Positions 61,994 to 64,000 of a DNA stretch of 64,000 nucleotides are shown one piece after another. Source of the stretch: Camelus ferus. Taxonomy: Eukaryota. The notes below the pieces were generated by a model. That model saw only the letters and a list, made by a program, of their open reading frames with translations, did not search any database and was not told where the DNA came from. The stretch is taken from positions 1,364,001 through 1,428,000 of the forward strand of contig NC_045723.1 in the NCBI RefSeq assembly GCF_009834535.1, in the 5' to 3' direction. Both the position numbers and the translations under genes were made by a program. Position 1 is the stretch's first letter. Every line of letters begins with the position of its first letter.

Positions 61994-63204
61994 TTCCATT
62001 CTCTGAGATAGGCCTGGAGGACTGTTGCTGATGGGAGCAAGCCAGATTGAGTTTAAACAATTGCGAACATTTCAGATTTGGGAAATAGAGCTGACTTTTC
62101 AGGGATGATAGTGACCAGTATAAATCTTGCAGCCTTGGGACGCACGTGAACCCTCGGAGGAAGTGCTCACAGTAGTGTCAGTCCGGCGTTCGGGGCATTC
62201 GTGCTTCTGGTGGCTGCGATCCTGCCTTGTGCCTCATACTCTGTTATGTTATCTGACAAGTTTTGTTTAACCTTTTCTTGTAAAATGCAGCATGACATTC
62301 TACGAATGTAACTTTTCCTTCAGACTGGGAAGAGGACAGAGGGAAAATACTGCCCTCCAGCATGAGACAGATGGGGAAAGCAAGTGGTAGGTTATGGCTT
62401 TGGTTTGTACTAGGGTCATCAGATTAATGTGTTTTCTTTCACGTTGGAAAAAACACTATTTATTGGCCATCAAGGTACAAATAATGGAATAGTCAGATGA
62501 CTTACACAACTCTCAAAAACAAAAAAAAAAACCAAAAAATTAACTGCACAAAAGGGCTCTCAGAGCCACTGGTTTGCTTATTTGGGTCCTAAGAAGAAAC
62601 ACCCAAGAGTTCGTTCTCTCAGAACAAAAAGGCAGCTGATGGTGGGCAGCTAACTTCTGAATTTTGGTTATGTTATTCAGAATTTGAGCTTGTCTGAGAA
62701 GACAGGCCGTCACATGGCCTGCCCGCTCCCTTTCCTACCGACCATGTTCCACGACAGGGAGCCCGTTGGTGTCATTTCTCGGAGATGCTGGGGTGTTGAG
62801 TGTGGTCGGAGGTTGGGTCTTTCCCTCCGGCTGAGAGGCAGGTATCTCCACTGGCCGTGGACTCCACAGTTCACTGGAATAGAGGCTCGGGATCCGGAAT
62901 GGCTGGGTCCCTCCGCTTTCTGCAGTGGGCCTCTCAGCCCCTTCTCCTGGTCTGCAGGAGAAACGAGGACTCTCTAGAGGAGAGGGCGTAGCTTTGGAGG
63001 CCTCCGGGGCTAAGGGGATAAGCTGTCCGTCATCCTGCGGAAGCAGGCTGCTGCATCAGCAGTGCTGGGAAGACTGTGCATCCACATGTAACAGCCTTCT
63101 CTTTTGGGTGTAATAGTTCACCGTGGTATACCAGCTGTACCGCTACCTGTGTGCGTCTCAGATGAAGCCTTCGGCTTGGTCCCTGTTGTCTGGGCTCACG
63201 TCAG

Positions 63205-63388
63205 GTTGAGGCAGAGAAAGTCCACGCCATGTCTGAGCGCCCCGACCACCTGCTGCTCATGACATTTGGAGCCTGGGCCCGACGTTGCCGGTAGGGCCTG
63301 CTGACTCCCCAGAAGCACGTCCACGTGCAGGAGGGGCCGTTCAGCTGGAACCATGGGGGCTCTCCTCGGTGTGTTTTTTTCACTGAAG
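63205..63388 (+). other. Candidate second exon (184 nt) of the CpG-island gene
   Basis: Acceptor ...ctcacgtcAG (63203-63204, weak pyrimidine tract); strong donor AAG|GTAGGT at 63389, alternative AAG|GTATGG at 63411; CpG-enriched relative to flanks. Confidence 0.45.
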
Positions 63389-64000
63389 GTAGGTCCTTCC
63401 CCAGAAGAAGGTATGGTTTCTTCTGAGAACTGCATCTTTTAGGTGGGTTTTCTTCAGACTGTTCGTTTTCTAATAAGTAGAGTTTAATCTTTCAGTAGGA
63501 GCAGAATACCTGAGAAAAGTATTTTATGGGAAAACTGGTAAATTTTAGCTAAATATCTAGCCCCATCCACACATCCCCCCCCCCAACCCTCTGCAACTTG
63601 AATTAAAACTCCAAGGCTGCGTTAACAAGTTCTGAGTATGGAAATTAAATATTCATAGTCTAAAAAGGAAGGAAGTGTGGTATTTTAGTTTCTCGTACTT
63701 AGGTAGATAATTAGTTACATAAATTAATTTCTATTCTTTTCTTTACTCTTAGCATACCTCAGCAGGACAAAAGTAAGAGTTTAATGTCCTGAAATATTAT
63801 ATACAATAATGTAACCCAGTGTGGATGCTGTAAGCTGCTCTTCAGACCTCTCCTTCTCTAGATGTGTACATTTCTGGGTAGAGATGAACAACGGTTTATT
63901 AAGCCAGACACAGAAGGGAAGAGACCACATCTCTAGCTCTCAGTGTGTTTATACTACAGCCTGGAGTAGATTCTGTAGAATAATCTCAGCAGGGGTTTTA

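Noticed and set aside
52430-63388. Assigning a gene symbol to the CpG-island gene
   Set aside because: No coding exon that I recognise lies in the window; MGALLGVFFSLK only superficially resembles SERINC-type N-termini and the exon layout does not fit
1-64000. CRISPR arrays, operons or other prokaryotic systems; genome-wide AP-1 site enrichment
   Set aside because: The sequence is mammalian with no repeat-spacer arrays; the number of TGA(C/G)TCA sites noticed is close to the roughly 8 expected by chance

Overview
This is mammalian genomic DNA, not prokaryotic. It is most likely a camelid (camel, alpaca or llama): it carries tRNA-Ala-derived SINEs of the vic-1 type and artiodactyl-type L1 3' ends, and I saw no Alu, Bov-tA/ART2A or PRE-1. 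About 52 kb of repeat-rich intergenic sequence (L1, L2, MIR, MaLR/ERVL/ERV1 LTRs, Tigger and hAT MITEs) precedes a strong CpG-island promoter (about 51.96-53.69 kb). That promoter has a short + strand first exon ending at a donor after 52617, and a candidate second exon lies at 63205-63388. I cannot identify the gene. No complete protein-coding gene, rRNA, functional tRNA gene or CRISPR array is supported; the long ORFs in the track come from GC-rich sequence, L1 remnants or N runs. Nine N gaps of 135-198 nt indicate a draft assembly. The most interesting unexplained structures are: (1) a candidate 3-exon minus-strand transcript under a CpG-rich, octamer-bearing block at 9.3-10.9 kb; (2) a RUNX/FOX:ETS/CCAAT promoter-like cluster with strong splice donors at 14.9-15.5 kb; (3) a 417-bp TSD-flanked insertion resembling an L1 3' transduction at 37.7-38.2 kb; (4) a solo LTR with an NF-Y array and octamer nested in a Tigger MITE; (5) a Z-DNA/NRF1-like tract at 61.9 kb. 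All repeat-family names come from my recollection of consensus sequences and need RepeatMasker/Dfam confirmation. I see no evidence of a novel multi-gene system.
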